A DNA stretch of 64,000 nucleotides. Source: a virus. Taxonomy: Duplodnaviria; Caudoviricetes. Where the stretch lies: the IMG/VR virus record IMGVR_UViG_3300028596_000001. One strand, 5' to 3'. The position numbers and the translations under genes are program-made. The number at the start of each line of letters is the position of its first letter. The stretch's first letter is position 1. The notes under the pieces were generated by a model that was not told the DNA's origin, did not search any database, and saw only the letters and a list, made by a program, of their open reading frames with translations. Below, one piece after another: positions 1-9,120 of this stretch.

Positions 1-1454
1 AGACAGGCGCTTCTCTGGGTATCGACCTGGTTAACAAACCAGAGTTGCTATCCGAAGACCCTAACGTCATGGCTCAGGTGGCGGTAGACTTCTACAAGAA
101 CTCCAAGCTCTTGCAGAGTATCACCCAAGATGGCGACTTCGGTAGAGCTGCTCGCGGCTTGAACGGCGGTAACGCACTGCCAGGAATGCCAGAGCGCCAC
201 AAACTGTACTTGAGTTACTTGGAACAGTTGGGTAAAGGAGAACTCAAGGCTGACGAAGAAAGTGCTGCAGCGGCGTCTAAGGATGCTGTAGGTAGTGCTG
301 GCTTGCCTCCACCATCTGCTCCGGCTGGCGGTGGAACTGGTCCGATGATCGGTGGTCCTGGCGGCACGCCTCCATTGGGTGCTGGTACTGCTCCAGGCTT
401 GCTCGATCAAAGTGGTGGCGGGAACTACTCCACTCCACCTGGTGCTAGTGGCGGTGGTAGCCCTGGGTATGGTGGGAGCTTGCCTCCCGGAGGTGGTGAT
501 ACCGGTGGTGGCGGAGGATTCGTTTCCTCTGGTGCTAACTCGGATAACTCCGGTCTGCGTCTTAAGAGTAGTGAGTCTGTAGCTGGTGGTGATGCACACC
601 CAGGTGTTAAACGTCTCGGTCAGTTGATTCAGACCAACGTTCGTACGTTCAAGCAGATCACTGCCATGAACGACCTGTACCACAAGCAAAAGAAACCTAA
701 CTCCAAACACGCTAAAGGGTTGGCTATCGACTTCACCCTGACAGATGGTGTTCGTAGTAGTGACCAAGCAACGGCTATTGTAAAACAGTTGTTGCAACAA
801 GCTGGTCTGCAACCTAATGAGTTCCTGGTACTCAACGAGTACAAGCGAATGTCTGCTGGGGCAACTGGCGGTCACATCCATGCTGGGTTTAACACAGTAG
901 CGGCTGCGGACAAGTTTAACCAAGCTGCCGGAGGTAATGCGACTAACGGGCAAGATACCACCGCTGGTGGCGGTCCCGTTCAGCCGAAAGAAGAAGAGAT
1001 GGCGGCCCCGCCACAAATGGGCGTGGAGCAAACGGTACCTCGTGGCATGGAAAGCCCAGGGGAAATGATGGAACCAGGCAATGCCCCTCCAGGAGGAGCT
1101 AAACCTAATATCCCGGGTCCTAAACCTCCACAATCTGGTGGCAATGCACCAAGTGGCGGATCCAGCAACAACGGATCTCCATTCAGCGGCGCTCCAGGTG
1201 CTGGCATGCAACAAGGTGGTGGGAATAACCAACCTGCAGCGGTTCCTAGTGGTCCAGCGGCCCAAGCGCCACAAGCGCAACAGCAGCAGCAAACCGCTTC
1301 GAACAACCCAGCGTTGGAAAGGCTGTTGACGGACATGATCGAAAACCTCGCTAAGCAAGGTGATAGCGGTAACAGGCTCTTGGGCGAAGCCGTTAAGCAA
1401 CTTATCGAGATGAACCGAAACATGAAACCGCAAACTCCTCGCGTTCCCGTTTAA
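1..1454 (+). CDS. 3' part of large tail-associated peptidoglycan hydrolase (phiKZ gp181-position protein): end of GH19 lysozyme-like domain plus M15/LAS-type Zn peptidase; runs off window start
   Basis: Frame is open from base 3 (GIDLVNKPELL..AVDFYK..AARGLNGG..ERHKLY = GH19 C-terminal pattern); SKHAKGLAID (H-x6-D) and GHIH motifs; G/P/Q-rich linkers. Confidence 0.8.
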   Translation, partial: TGASLGIDLVNKPELLSEDPNVMAQVAVDFYKNSKLLQSITQDGDFGRAARGLNGGNALPGMPERHKLYLSYLEQLGKGELKADEESAAAASKDAVGSAGLPPPSAPAGGGTGPMIGGPGGTPPLGAGTAPGLLDQSGGGNYSTPPGASGGGSPGYGGSLPPGGGDTGGGGGFVSSGANSDNSGLRLKSSESVAGGDAHPGVKRLGQLIQTNVRTFKQITAMNDLYHKQKKPNSKHAKGLAIDFTLTDGVRSSDQATAIVKQLLQQAGLQPNEFLVLNEYKRMSAGATGGHIHAGFNTVAAADKFNQAAGGNATNGQDTTAGGGPVQPKEEEMAAPPQMGVEQTVPRGMESPGEMMEPGNAPPGGAKPNIPGPKPPQSGGNAPSGGSSNNGSPFSGAPGAGMQQGGGNNQPAAVPSGPAAQAPQAQQQQQTASNNPALERLLTDMIENLAKQGDSGNRLLGEAVKQLIEMNRNMKPQTPRVPV

Positions 1455-1463
1455 CCATTTTAG

Positions 1464-1506
1464 GAGAGGGTAGGGGCTTCGGCCTCTACTCTCACCCTTT
1501 TCTTTA
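1464..1506 (+). terminator. Intrinsic terminator (TTCG loop)
   Basis: gagagggtaggggc-ttcg-gcctctactctc followed by T-run. Confidence 0.8.
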
Positions 1507-1524
1507 TAGCGGGTACTTAGAAAT

Positions 1525-3696
1525 ATGGCTACGGTATCTACCAGGGATAAAGACATTATCACTAAGTCTTTCCGCCTGCTGACTCGGGGTGTTCTACCTA
1601 CCGACGTGCTGGACAGGATGGACTGGGATAAGTACTTTAACGTATTTAGTAGCGCTACTGGCGACAACCGTTATGTTAACCCAGTGGCTCAATCGAGTCC
1701 TCACACCGACCCACGCTACGGGCGTTTCATGCAAACCCGTGAAGGCGGGATGGGTGCCTTTTATAAGAACCACATGGAAGACAACGTCACCCTGCTGACT
1801 ATTGTTCCTGGGGTTCCTCAGTTTGCTGGTTTGTTGCAATTCATCGCGAACATGTTTAGCCCTAGCGCTGCCATTATCGCGAACAAAGGTCGTGCTCCTG
1901 GTTTGGCTTTCTACATGGGTCAGGCCATCACGGCTACTGCGTTCTTCCCTATGCAGTTGCTGTCAGCTGGGTTGCAGTTCTTTAACTTCTTCCTGGACAA
2001 CCCGACTAACACCTTCTGGTCGGTAAAACCTGCGATGGGTGCTTACACCATGGCCTCCACAGGTGTGCTCAACGACTTGATGGTACGACTGGGTTATATC
2101 GACCCCATCCTACCTAAACGCGCTCAGGAGCAGAACGACCCGCTGTACGGTCTGAAGCCTGACTACGATAACAGTCATGCCATTGCTGACCTACGCATGT
2201 TGATCCCCGATTCGGTGAACGAAGACGGCACTATCGACTTGATGCGTCTGGTCATGAAGGGTACTCGTAAACACCGGGTAATGCTTCGTGAACTGGCCAA
2301 GCTGGATAACGAGACTATTACTTCGGTAGAGGACAAGATTACTCGTAGTCGCCAGATCCTCGAAGAGGTAGAGTTCGACGAAGCCACCTGGGCTGGTGAA
2401 CCTAGCCAGGCATTCGTTGAAAAGGAAATGAACACGGTTAGCCGTTTCCGCGAAGGCGAAGGTAACAACGTCGAGCAAGATTCGGCATACACCCACCGGG
2501 CAGCTTATGACAGCGCAGCAGCAGCGAAAGAGGCTGGTGCTTTGGGTGTGGGTAACGTGGACAACGCTGGTCGTTCCGTTGACACTATCATGCAGGAAAT
2601 CTCCAGCAGTGCTTCTCAGGGTAGCTACGGTACGGGTAACCCGAACGAAGCGGCTGGTCGACCTAAACCGGCGAGTGACAACAACACGACCAACAACCCT
2701 AACGTAGCTGGCGGGAAACAAGCTTACTATGAAGATAACCCGGACGATCGCAGTTGGGCAGGTGACATTTTCGACTTACTGCGCACTGCTGCTTATGGCG
2801 GTATGGACGGGATCACTTGGCGAGTTGATGGTAATGCGGGACCTACTACAGACTCCTTCTCCAACACTCATGCTCAGTCTCCGTTAGCCAGTAAGTTTAA
2901 CTCGGTAGTAAAAGCCGCGAACGACTTCCGCTTTGATATTGCCGGTGGTGCTACCGGTGTGGATATCATTGATGGCGTGGTCGATATGTTCAAAGAGTCG
3001 GCTATCGGCGCGATGTCTGGCACGGTAATCGGTAATATCCCTATGGCCTTGGTGAACAACTCGTACATCAAGATCCCGGATCACTGGGATGGTTCTACCA
3101 CCAACCTGCATAAAGAAAGCTACAGTATCTTCTTCAACTGCACCTACGCTCACCCGTATGAACAGATCATGAAGATTTGGGTACCGTTTGCTTTGTTCCT
3201 GCCGTTGGTTGCGCCATTCTCGGCTGGTGGTTCTTCCTACACCTCGCCGTTCATGTGTAAAGCTTTCTGCCAAGGTCGTTCGATCATTCGTACCGGCATG
3301 GTAGAGAACGCCACCTTTACCTGGGGTACTGGCGAACGTGGTTGGACTCGTGACCGTAAACCGTTGAACCTGCGTATCGACTTCAACATCGTCGATCTGG
3401 ATCCTCTGATCTCCGTACCTATTGACCGTTCGATCAGCTTGCTGGAAGTACCGAACATCTCGGGTATCGCTAACAAGATCCTCAGTGATGACACCGGTTA
3501 CAACAACTTCCTCGGTCGTATTACTGGTGTGACCTACCTGGATACCTTCCTCAAGTACAGCCGTCTTAACCGCGGTATGACCACTGTGGCTCAGGACATC
3601 CAGACCAGTATCCGTGCTGACAACATTGCTAGTAAAGTTTCCGACTCCATCGTCGGTTCGTTTGCAACACTCTTTGCTCGTCCTATGGCCCGATAA
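1525..3696 (+). CDS. Virion structural protein following the tail lysin (phiKZ gp182-like position)
   Basis: 723 aa ORF with core-gene codon usage; synteny recalled from phiKZ-like phages. Confidence 0.6.
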   Translation: MATVSTRDKDIITKSFRLLTRGVLPTDVLDRMDWDKYFNVFSSATGDNRYVNPVAQSSPHTDPRYGRFMQTREGGMGAFYKNHMEDNVTLLTIVPGVPQFAGLLQFIANMFSPSAAIIANKGRAPGLAFYMGQAITATAFFPMQLLSAGLQFFNFFLDNPTNTFWSVKPAMGAYTMASTGVLNDLMVRLGYIDPILPKRAQEQNDPLYGLKPDYDNSHAIADLRMLIPDSVNEDGTIDLMRLVMKGTRKHRVMLRELAKLDNETITSVEDKITRSRQILEEVEFDEATWAGEPSQAFVEKEMNTVSRFREGEGNNVEQDSAYTHRAAYDSAAAAKEAGALGVGNVDNAGRSVDTIMQEISSSASQGSYGTGNPNEAAGRPKPASDNNTTNNPNVAGGKQAYYEDNPDDRSWAGDIFDLLRTAAYGGMDGITWRVDGNAGPTTDSFSNTHAQSPLASKFNSVVKAANDFRFDIAGGATGVDIIDGVVDMFKESAIGAMSGTVIGNIPMALVNNSYIKIPDHWDGSTTNLHKESYSIFFNCTYAHPYEQIMKIWVPFALFLPLVAPFSAGGSSYTSPFMCKAFCQGRSIIRTGMVENATFTWGTGERGWTRDRKPLNLRIDFNIVDLDPLISVPIDRSISLLEVPNISGIANKILSDDTGYNNFLGRITGVTYLDTFLKYSRLNRGMTTVAQDIQTSIRADNIASKVSDSIVGSFATLFARPMAR

Positions 3697-3708
3697 ATAA
3701 ACCATAGC

Positions 3709-3748
3709 TAATACTCCCTACCTCCCGCAAGGGAGGTAGGGAGTATTA
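3709..3748. terminator. Bidirectional hairpin, perfect 18-bp stem, GCAA loop
   Basis: taatactccctacctccc-gcaa-gggaggtagggagtatta between convergent genes. Confidence 0.85.
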
Positions 3749-3754
3749 GGAGTA

Positions 3755-4876
3755 TTAACGAGGAAATTGTGGGGCGCCACGGAATTGGTTACGCAGTTCA
3801 ACCAAGCAGCTACCTTCGGTAAACTTACCCGCTGTACACAACAGAGGGATAATAGGTTCATAACCGCTGAGCAGAGTAACCATGTCCTTACTTACCCGCG
3901 ACATGATTGCCAGATTAAGGACCTGTCCGAATTCAGTGTAGGTCATCCACCAGTTCTGCCCGATAATCCGTTCGAACACTTCCAGCATCATAGCCAACAA
4001 GGCAGGATAGTCTTCCGGATACACACTGTCGTCGAAACGGAAGTTACTGAACAGGTTCTCTACGAAGTTCGGATACTTGGACATGATGATCTTGCGGTTA
4101 GCCCCCAGACCACCGTCGTCCTCATCCAACAACTTTAATACTTCATGGATACTTTCAATGTCACCATTGGTGATCATGAATTGCAACGCTTCGATAACAC
4201 CGTCGCGACGCAATACACCGAAACCTTTAGGGTAGCTATTCCACAGACTGCGGTAGCTATCCTTCATCCCCATCTGTGCAGCGTTCTTGTAGATGGAGTT
4301 ATACAGCGCGCCGGTAACACTACGGTCCAGATACTGGTCCATACCGGTGACCCGGATAATCATCCGCCCGGTCTCACCACCAACGATACCCCGCCAGTTA
4401 CGGTTGGCTTTAAAGGTAGAACCGTCGGTCTGTACCAAACCACCCATATTCAAGCCGGTGAGGCGGGTAAACTCTTTGTTGATGTCAGCAGCGACCTTAC
4501 GCATCGCCCCTGATTCACTGGATACCGGATAGCCCAACTGTTTAGAAGCAGCAGCCAGGATATTGTCGGTACTGAACGTAACACCGTCACGCCCTACCTT
4601 AATAGACTTGGAGATATCCTTGGTGTTCAACAACCCACCAGAGATAGCGCCAATAACACCATCGAGTACGTCTACTACGCTGTCACGGTACTCGGTGATA
4701 GTACCTTTGATACCAGTGTCACGCGCAGTCTTGGTAGCAATGCCGTCACCCATGCGCCGGCTAGTAACGTTATAAGGAGTAAGGTTATCCTCCTTAACTC
4801 GCTGCATGGATGAGTTAGTGGTTTTCTTGAAACTGTCCAGATCGGGAGCTAAGTTAATCCCCTCAAAGGCATCCAT
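3755..4876 (-). CDS. Probable virion structural protein (jumbo phage core)
   Basis: 373 aa ORF with RBS; position in core block. Confidence 0.55.
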   Translation of the reverse strand: MDAFEGINLAPDLDSFKKTTNSSMQRVKEDNLTPYNVTSRRMGDGIATKTARDTGIKGTITEYRDSVVDVLDGVIGAISGGLLNTKDISKSIKVGRDGVTFSTDNILAAASKQLGYPVSSESGAMRKVAADINKEFTRLTGLNMGGLVQTDGSTFKANRNWRGIVGGETGRMIIRVTGMDQYLDRSVTGALYNSIYKNAAQMGMKDSYRSLWNSYPKGFGVLRRDGVIEALQFMITNGDIESIHEVLKLLDEDDGGLGANRKIIMSKYPNFVENLFSNFRFDDSVYPEDYPALLAMMLEVFERIIGQNWWMTYTEFGQVLNLAIMSRVSKDMVTLLSGYEPIIPLLCTAGKFTEGSCLVELRNQFRGAPQFPR

Positions 4877-4917
4877 GGTCCTACCCTCGAAAATACAAAA
4901 AATAAAAGAGAAAGGGT

Positions 4918-4937
4918 AGGGGAGGCGAACCTCCCCT
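4918..4937 (-). terminator. Intrinsic terminator
   Basis: On minus strand aggggagg-ttcg-cctcccct followed by pyrimidine/T run. Confidence 0.75.
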
Positions 4938-4942
4938 GTAAA

Positions 4943-5404
4943 TCATTTCTTTTTGGCTTCTTCCGCAGCAAGCGATTCTTCGATCATCTTTTTGCGATCG
5001 CGACTCACCATCTTGATCTCATCTGAGACCCTTATGATGTTTCCGTGTATATCCTTGACTGTTATCTCGATGTGACACTCTTCAAATTCCAGGATACTCA
5101 ACCCCTCCAGGAATTTGTTAAAAGTTAAACTAGGTTTATGAAAATAAGTATCTTTGATATTACCAGTTCGAGTCTGCCTCTCGAGCTTGGCCTTCTCAGG
5201 ATCCTTGACCGTTACAATCCATTCCAGATATCGACCTAGATAACCTGCCCATTTAAATGGATTCATTTCCAGTTTGTGTAGAATACGTCTAAATAAACGT
5301 GCAGGTGGATCTTCGAGTTGATCGTCAGGAACGTACTTTTTGGAAATCGTGCTCAGCTTGTTAGCCGGCAGAGCACGTTTCTTCGAGTCAGTTCGCTTCT
5401 CCAT
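4943..5404 (-). CDS. Hypothetical protein (basic, possibly nucleic-acid binding)
   Basis: 153 aa ORF, RBS GGAGA, overlaps stop of upstream gene. Confidence 0.65.
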   Translation of the reverse strand: MEKRTDSKKRALPANKLSTISKKYVPDDQLEDPPARLFRRILHKLEMNPFKWAGYLGRYLEWIVTVKDPEKAKLERQTRTGNIKDTYFHKPSLTFNKFLEGLSILEFEECHIEITVKDIHGNIIRVSDEIKMVSRDRKKMIEESLAAEEAKKK

Positions 5405-5996
5405 TTATTCTCCTCACCTGGGAGTGAATTGACAGCTTCACCATGGTGATGAAATCGTCAAGCATTAAACGAAAGTGTTGAGAGTTGAAGAAAGCTATAG
5501 TGCTCTTATTCAACTCCCGCCGATTGTCTTCCCTGTATACTTCCCCAAGTTCTTCGTCTTTGGGGTTTTCAATACAGTATAATTGTAACAAGTACATGAA
5601 CTGATCGAGGAAGCCTTGCGTAGCTTCTATGTTGCTGTACCAAGCGAGAAACTCAGTTTCGCGAGAAGACACGTTCAGTTCTTTGAAGTATTCGTCGTAC
5701 TTGAAAAACTCGTTGTTCAATACCCTGGAAATGAACTCAGAGGCCAACCCTGACGTTTCCGTATAGGTGGTGATACCCAAGGTCATAAACCAGTCGAAGT
5801 CTTCATCTAGCTCTACCACAGGGCCTTGTAGGCAATCGTATAGAGCATGGATATTAGCGTCAAAGCTAACCATAGGTTTGTTAAATTGCTTTTCAACGAA
5901 TTCGAGTTTCTCGATGACTTGACGGTACTTAATAAGCTTAAGACCCTTCCCCAGTTTCGGCAATAGGCCAAAGATTGGGATACTGAATATCCGCAT
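5388..5996 (-). CDS. Hypothetical protein
   Basis: 202 aa ORF, RBS AAGGA, directly downstream of early-type promoter. Confidence 0.65.
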   Translation of the reverse strand: MRIFSIPIFGLLPKLGKGLKLIKYRQVIEKLEFVEKQFNKPMVSFDANIHALYDCLQGPVVELDEDFDWFMTLGITTYTETSGLASEFISRVLNNEFFKYDEYFKELNVSSRETEFLAWYSNIEATQGFLDQFMYLLQLYCIENPKDEELGEVYREDNRRELNKSTIAFFNSQHFRLMLDDFITMVKLSIHSQVRRINGEAN

Positions 5997-6025
5997 AAAA
6001 CAATCCTTTTAATTGATCTACACCA

Positions 6026-6040
6026 GTAATATAGGTTTAA
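6026..6040 (-). promoter_or_regulatory. Early promoter motif (TTAAACCTATATTAC)
   Basis: Contains TATATTAC, the published phiKZ early promoter core; recurs upstream of leftward blocks. Confidence 0.7.
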
Positions 6041-6046
6041 AAAATT

Positions 6047-6580
6047 ATGAGCGAGCCAGTAGTTGTGCCTCAGCCTGTTGAGTTCTCTCCTACCCCAGAG
6101 ATCGACAAGAAACATAGAGTAGATGACGAGAAGCTGAATGAGATCTTCGCTTTGCTGGGGCAAACACTCGAACGCAAAGAAGAAGACGTAGAACAAGTCA
6201 GCTTCGTTACCGCCTTGCAAAAGAACCGCCAGTTCCTCTTGCAGTACGCCATGCGTGCCTACATGGAGAAACCTGGTAGCGCCAGCCTGCTGGAAGGGGT
6301 TACCTCGCTGCTAGGCCACATGGAAAAAGCCGTACGGGATGACCGTAAGGAACGGGCCAAGAAGCAAGAGAACCAGGACAACGTAGTATCGTTCCGCCAG
6401 ATGATCGAAGCCATGTCGATGATCAAAACTGGTGCGCTGGTATTGCCTACCTTCGACGTAACCAGTTTCATGCCGGATCCCAACGTTTCCCTGGTAGCTC
6501 ATCTCGATGTGAAGCCAATCAACGACGAGGAGCTTGTCCAGGGCAACGCGGTTGTAGACATTGACGGTAACCCGGTTTAA
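6047..6580 (+). CDS. Hypothetical conserved jumbo phage protein
   Basis: 177 aa helical ORF between promoter region and hairpin. Confidence 0.65.
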   Translation: MSEPVVVPQPVEFSPTPEIDKKHRVDDEKLNEIFALLGQTLERKEEDVEQVSFVTALQKNRQFLLQYAMRAYMEKPGSASLLEGVTSLLGHMEKAVRDDRKERAKKQENQDNVVSFRQMIEAMSMIKTGALVLPTFDVTSFMPDPNVSLVAHLDVKPINDEELVQGNAVVDIDGNPV

Positions 6581-6622
6581 ATAACCAATATACAGTCTTA
6601 ACCGTTTAAAAATACCTGTGTA

Positions 6623-6650
6623 CCCTACCTGGCCCCAGGGCCAGGTAGGG
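6623..6650. terminator. Bidirectional hairpin
   Basis: ccctacctggccc-ca-gggccaggtaggg between convergent genes. Confidence 0.8.
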
Positions 6651-6667
6651 CATAGGAATATGCTTGC

Positions 6668-7450
6668 TTATTCGTCGTAGTCGTAGAGCGAATGTTCGAT
6701 CGGAAGGACCTTCAGAGCAGGACCCAGCCACAGATAACTGGCAAGCATCCAGTCCTTGACATTGCTGGCGAAAGTTCCGTCTTCCCGTGCCAGGATGTCA
6801 GGTACCACGAAAGCCGTGTCAGGAATCGGATTGGTCTTGAAGGTTTCCATCAACTGACGTGATGACTCGTCGATCAGCATGTTGTAACGGAACACGTAGT
6901 CGTACTGCTTGTAAAAGTTAGAGTCGTGGGTAGCTGGGTCAGACTCGATAGCTTTTACGTTGACGATACCACGCAGACCATAGCGGATGTTCTCCACCAA
7001 CTGCGCGGTAAGATCTTCCCCGAATTGATAAGGGAAGGTGTTTACCCACAAACGAACTTCTTTAATGTCGACCGGCTTATCAGTCAATCCCTCGATGTCA
7101 ATCACCCGGCTTACCATTTGGGTAATCAAACGACTCGGGTAAAACATACCAGTAGCCCAATGATCCACGCTACGCTTGTCGAAGATCTCTTTGAACTTGG
7201 CCTCATCAATACCGAGCTGCGGGAAGTTAAAGGTATCGAGACGACGTTCCTTATAGTTCTTCTCGCAGTGCAGAGTCCACAACCGATCGCCTTGAGCCTT
7301 GCGATCCTGCAAACGCTCCATAGCTTCCTTCGCAGAAAGCGGACTGGTAGGCTCTGGGAAATCCTTTTCTGTCATCAGGTACTGTAACAATGCCCGACGA
7401 TAATCAAAGAAGGCATCAGCATCAGCATAGATATTCAGTACACGATTCAT
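6668..7450 (-). CDS. Conserved jumbo phage protein with HAD-like N-terminal DxD pattern
   Basis: 260 aa; VLNIYADADAFFD resembles HAD motif I; other HAD motifs not confirmed. Confidence 0.5.
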   Translation of the reverse strand: MNRVLNIYADADAFFDYRRALLQYLMTEKDFPEPTSPLSAKEAMERLQDRKAQGDRLWTLHCEKNYKERRLDTFNFPQLGIDEAKFKEIFDKRSVDHWATGMFYPSRLITQMVSRVIDIEGLTDKPVDIKEVRLWVNTFPYQFGEDLTAQLVENIRYGLRGIVNVKAIESDPATHDSNFYKQYDYVFRYNMLIDESSRQLMETFKTNPIPDTAFVVPDILAREDGTFASNVKDWMLASYLWLGPALKVLPIEHSLYDYDE

Positions 7451-7465
7451 TCAATTATCCGTTAA

Positions 7466-7978
7466 TTAACTAGTTGATTGATCTGGAACAGGAACACCAC
7501 GAATACCACCGATGTAAACACGGACAGCCAACAAGATCACGTAATCCATACCACAGCCCACAGTTCTAGGACCATGAGTAGGAGCAACGTTGCCGCTTTC
7601 TAGTTTACGCAGATACAACTGCTGACCGCCAGGGGAATCACCCATGATGCGCTTCACCATACTGATGAAGTCACCGAAGATCTTTTCCCGGGTTTCGTCC
7701 ATCTCGGTGTAAACCATCATCTGGAATACCCGCCAATGGTCGCCGACGACGTTGGCTTTGTCACGGGTAGAGCAGGATTGGTTGAACAGCTCGTAAGCTT
7801 TATCGAAGTTAACGATAGGTTCGCGGAAGATTTCATTAATCGAAGCAACGAAATCTACTACACTCGTATCTTGATCGACGGCCCATTCATGGTACATGGT
7901 AACGATCAAGTTACGGAACATCGGCAAACCACTGAGAATTTCTTCACCAATGATTTGCGGTTGTGGAGTCAAGTCCAT
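7466..7978 (-). CDS. Hypothetical protein, co-transcribed with RNAP fragment
   Basis: 170 aa ORF, 2-bp gap to upstream gene. Confidence 0.6.
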   Translation of the reverse strand: MDLTPQPQIIGEEILSGLPMFRNLIVTMYHEWAVDQDTSVVDFVASINEIFREPIVNFDKAYELFNQSCSTRDKANVVGDHWRVFQMMVYTEMDETREKIFGDFISMVKRIMGDSPGGQQLYLRKLESGNVAPTHGPRTVGCGMDYVILLAVRVYIGGIRGVPVPDQSTS

Positions 7979-7980
7979 GG

Positions 7981-8667
7981 TCAGCCCATACGCAGGTTGA
8001 AGTTGGTATCGATGTGACGAGCACGGAACAAGTAATGTACAGTGGAAAGCACCTTAGCAATAGTGCCTTTGCGCAGGCTGCTATTGGTGTTGGTACGCCC
8101 GGTAGTCAAGAGATCGTTCTTGTATGCCTTCAGAGCTTCCAAGTCACCACCCTTAACGTTGTATAGTTCGTTGGCCATGATGTCCAACCCCAGGTTACGC
8201 AGAACCGCGATCTCTGGCTGGCTGATACCTGTCGAACGGCTGTCGCCCATTACCTGACCAGTAAGGTCGTCGATGCTGTAGTCGTTCGCTGCAGCGCCGA
8301 ACTTGGTAACCTGCATCTGCCGTTGCTTACGCAGACGAACGATACCAGTAATGGCGGTGTGCGGAGTCATCGACTTGATGCCGGTGTCGGCGTCGTGGAT
8401 GATCAGTTGCTGCTCGATCTTCACCCCGTACTTCTTGGCCAGCTTGAGTATCCGCTCGTAGTTGATCATCTCCTTACGGTTCCAGTTGCTCACCCAGATG
8501 CTGAGGGGCATGCCCTGTTCCATCTGTACGACCATCTGTTCGATCTGCTTGTCGTTCAACTGGGCGAAGAGCTTACTGTAGATAACCTTGTTACCCCCGC
8601 CTTCAGTAACCTCGCCCATGAAGTTCAGGACGAAGTCTTCGAAACCTTTACGGTTAGCTGCGGCCAT
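7981..8667 (-). CDS. Virion RNA polymerase beta subunit, C-terminal fragment (phiKZ gp149-like)
   Basis: DDLTGQV..DSRSTGISQPEIAVLRNLGL...ELYNVKGGD aligns by eye with RpoB C-terminal GGQRFGEME..ALEAYG..QEMLTVKSDD; adjacent to UvsX as in phiKZ. Confidence 0.8.
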   Translation of the reverse strand: MAAANRKGFEDFVLNFMGEVTEGGGNKVIYSKLFAQLNDKQIEQMVVQMEQGMPLSIWVSNWNRKEMINYERILKLAKKYGVKIEQQLIIHDADTGIKSMTPHTAITGIVRLRKQRQMQVTKFGAAANDYSIDDLTGQVMGDSRSTGISQPEIAVLRNLGLDIMANELYNVKGGDLEALKAYKNDLLTTGRTNTNSSLRKGTIAKVLSTVHYLFRARHIDTNFNLRMG

Positions 8668-9041
8668 TACTGTTTCCTCTGATAACCAAAGGTGGTGATG
8701 GTCTTCTGAGCATTGCCCAGTACTTCTTTGGCCACCGAGATGAACGGATCGGATACAGTGTTGGTCAGCGCCAGCAGTTCATCGAACATGCTCGCAACGT
8801 TTTCCAGGTTCTGTCCGAAAGCCGTCTTGTTCTTGTCGTCAATCGGCAGTACTTTAACCGACGCATCAACACCGCTGATGCCATAACGGCCACTAACGGT
8901 CATCAGAGTTACTTCGTTCTGGCGTTGTCCCAGAATGGTACGCAAGCGAGTAATGTACTCGGTTGGATCCTTACACAGATTAGCGAAGTTGCTGTCTGCT
9001 ACTACCAGAATGATATTCGAACTTTGGACAGGAGGTACCAT
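8667..9041 (-). CDS. Hypothetical protein
   Basis: 124 aa, TAATG stop/start overlap with RNAP fragment. Confidence 0.65.
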   Translation of the reverse strand: MVPPVQSSNIILVVADSNFANLCKDPTEYITRLRTILGQRQNEVTLMTVSGRYGISGVDASVKVLPIDDKNKTAFGQNLENVASMFDELLALTNTVSDPFISVAKEVLGNAQKTITTFGYQRKQ

Positions 9042-9120
9042 TCCTTTAATCCCCTAATGCAAAAAATTGTGTATAGAGAGACCCGGGTTGAATTCCAGAT
9101 CCCTCTATAAAAAGTCGGTG

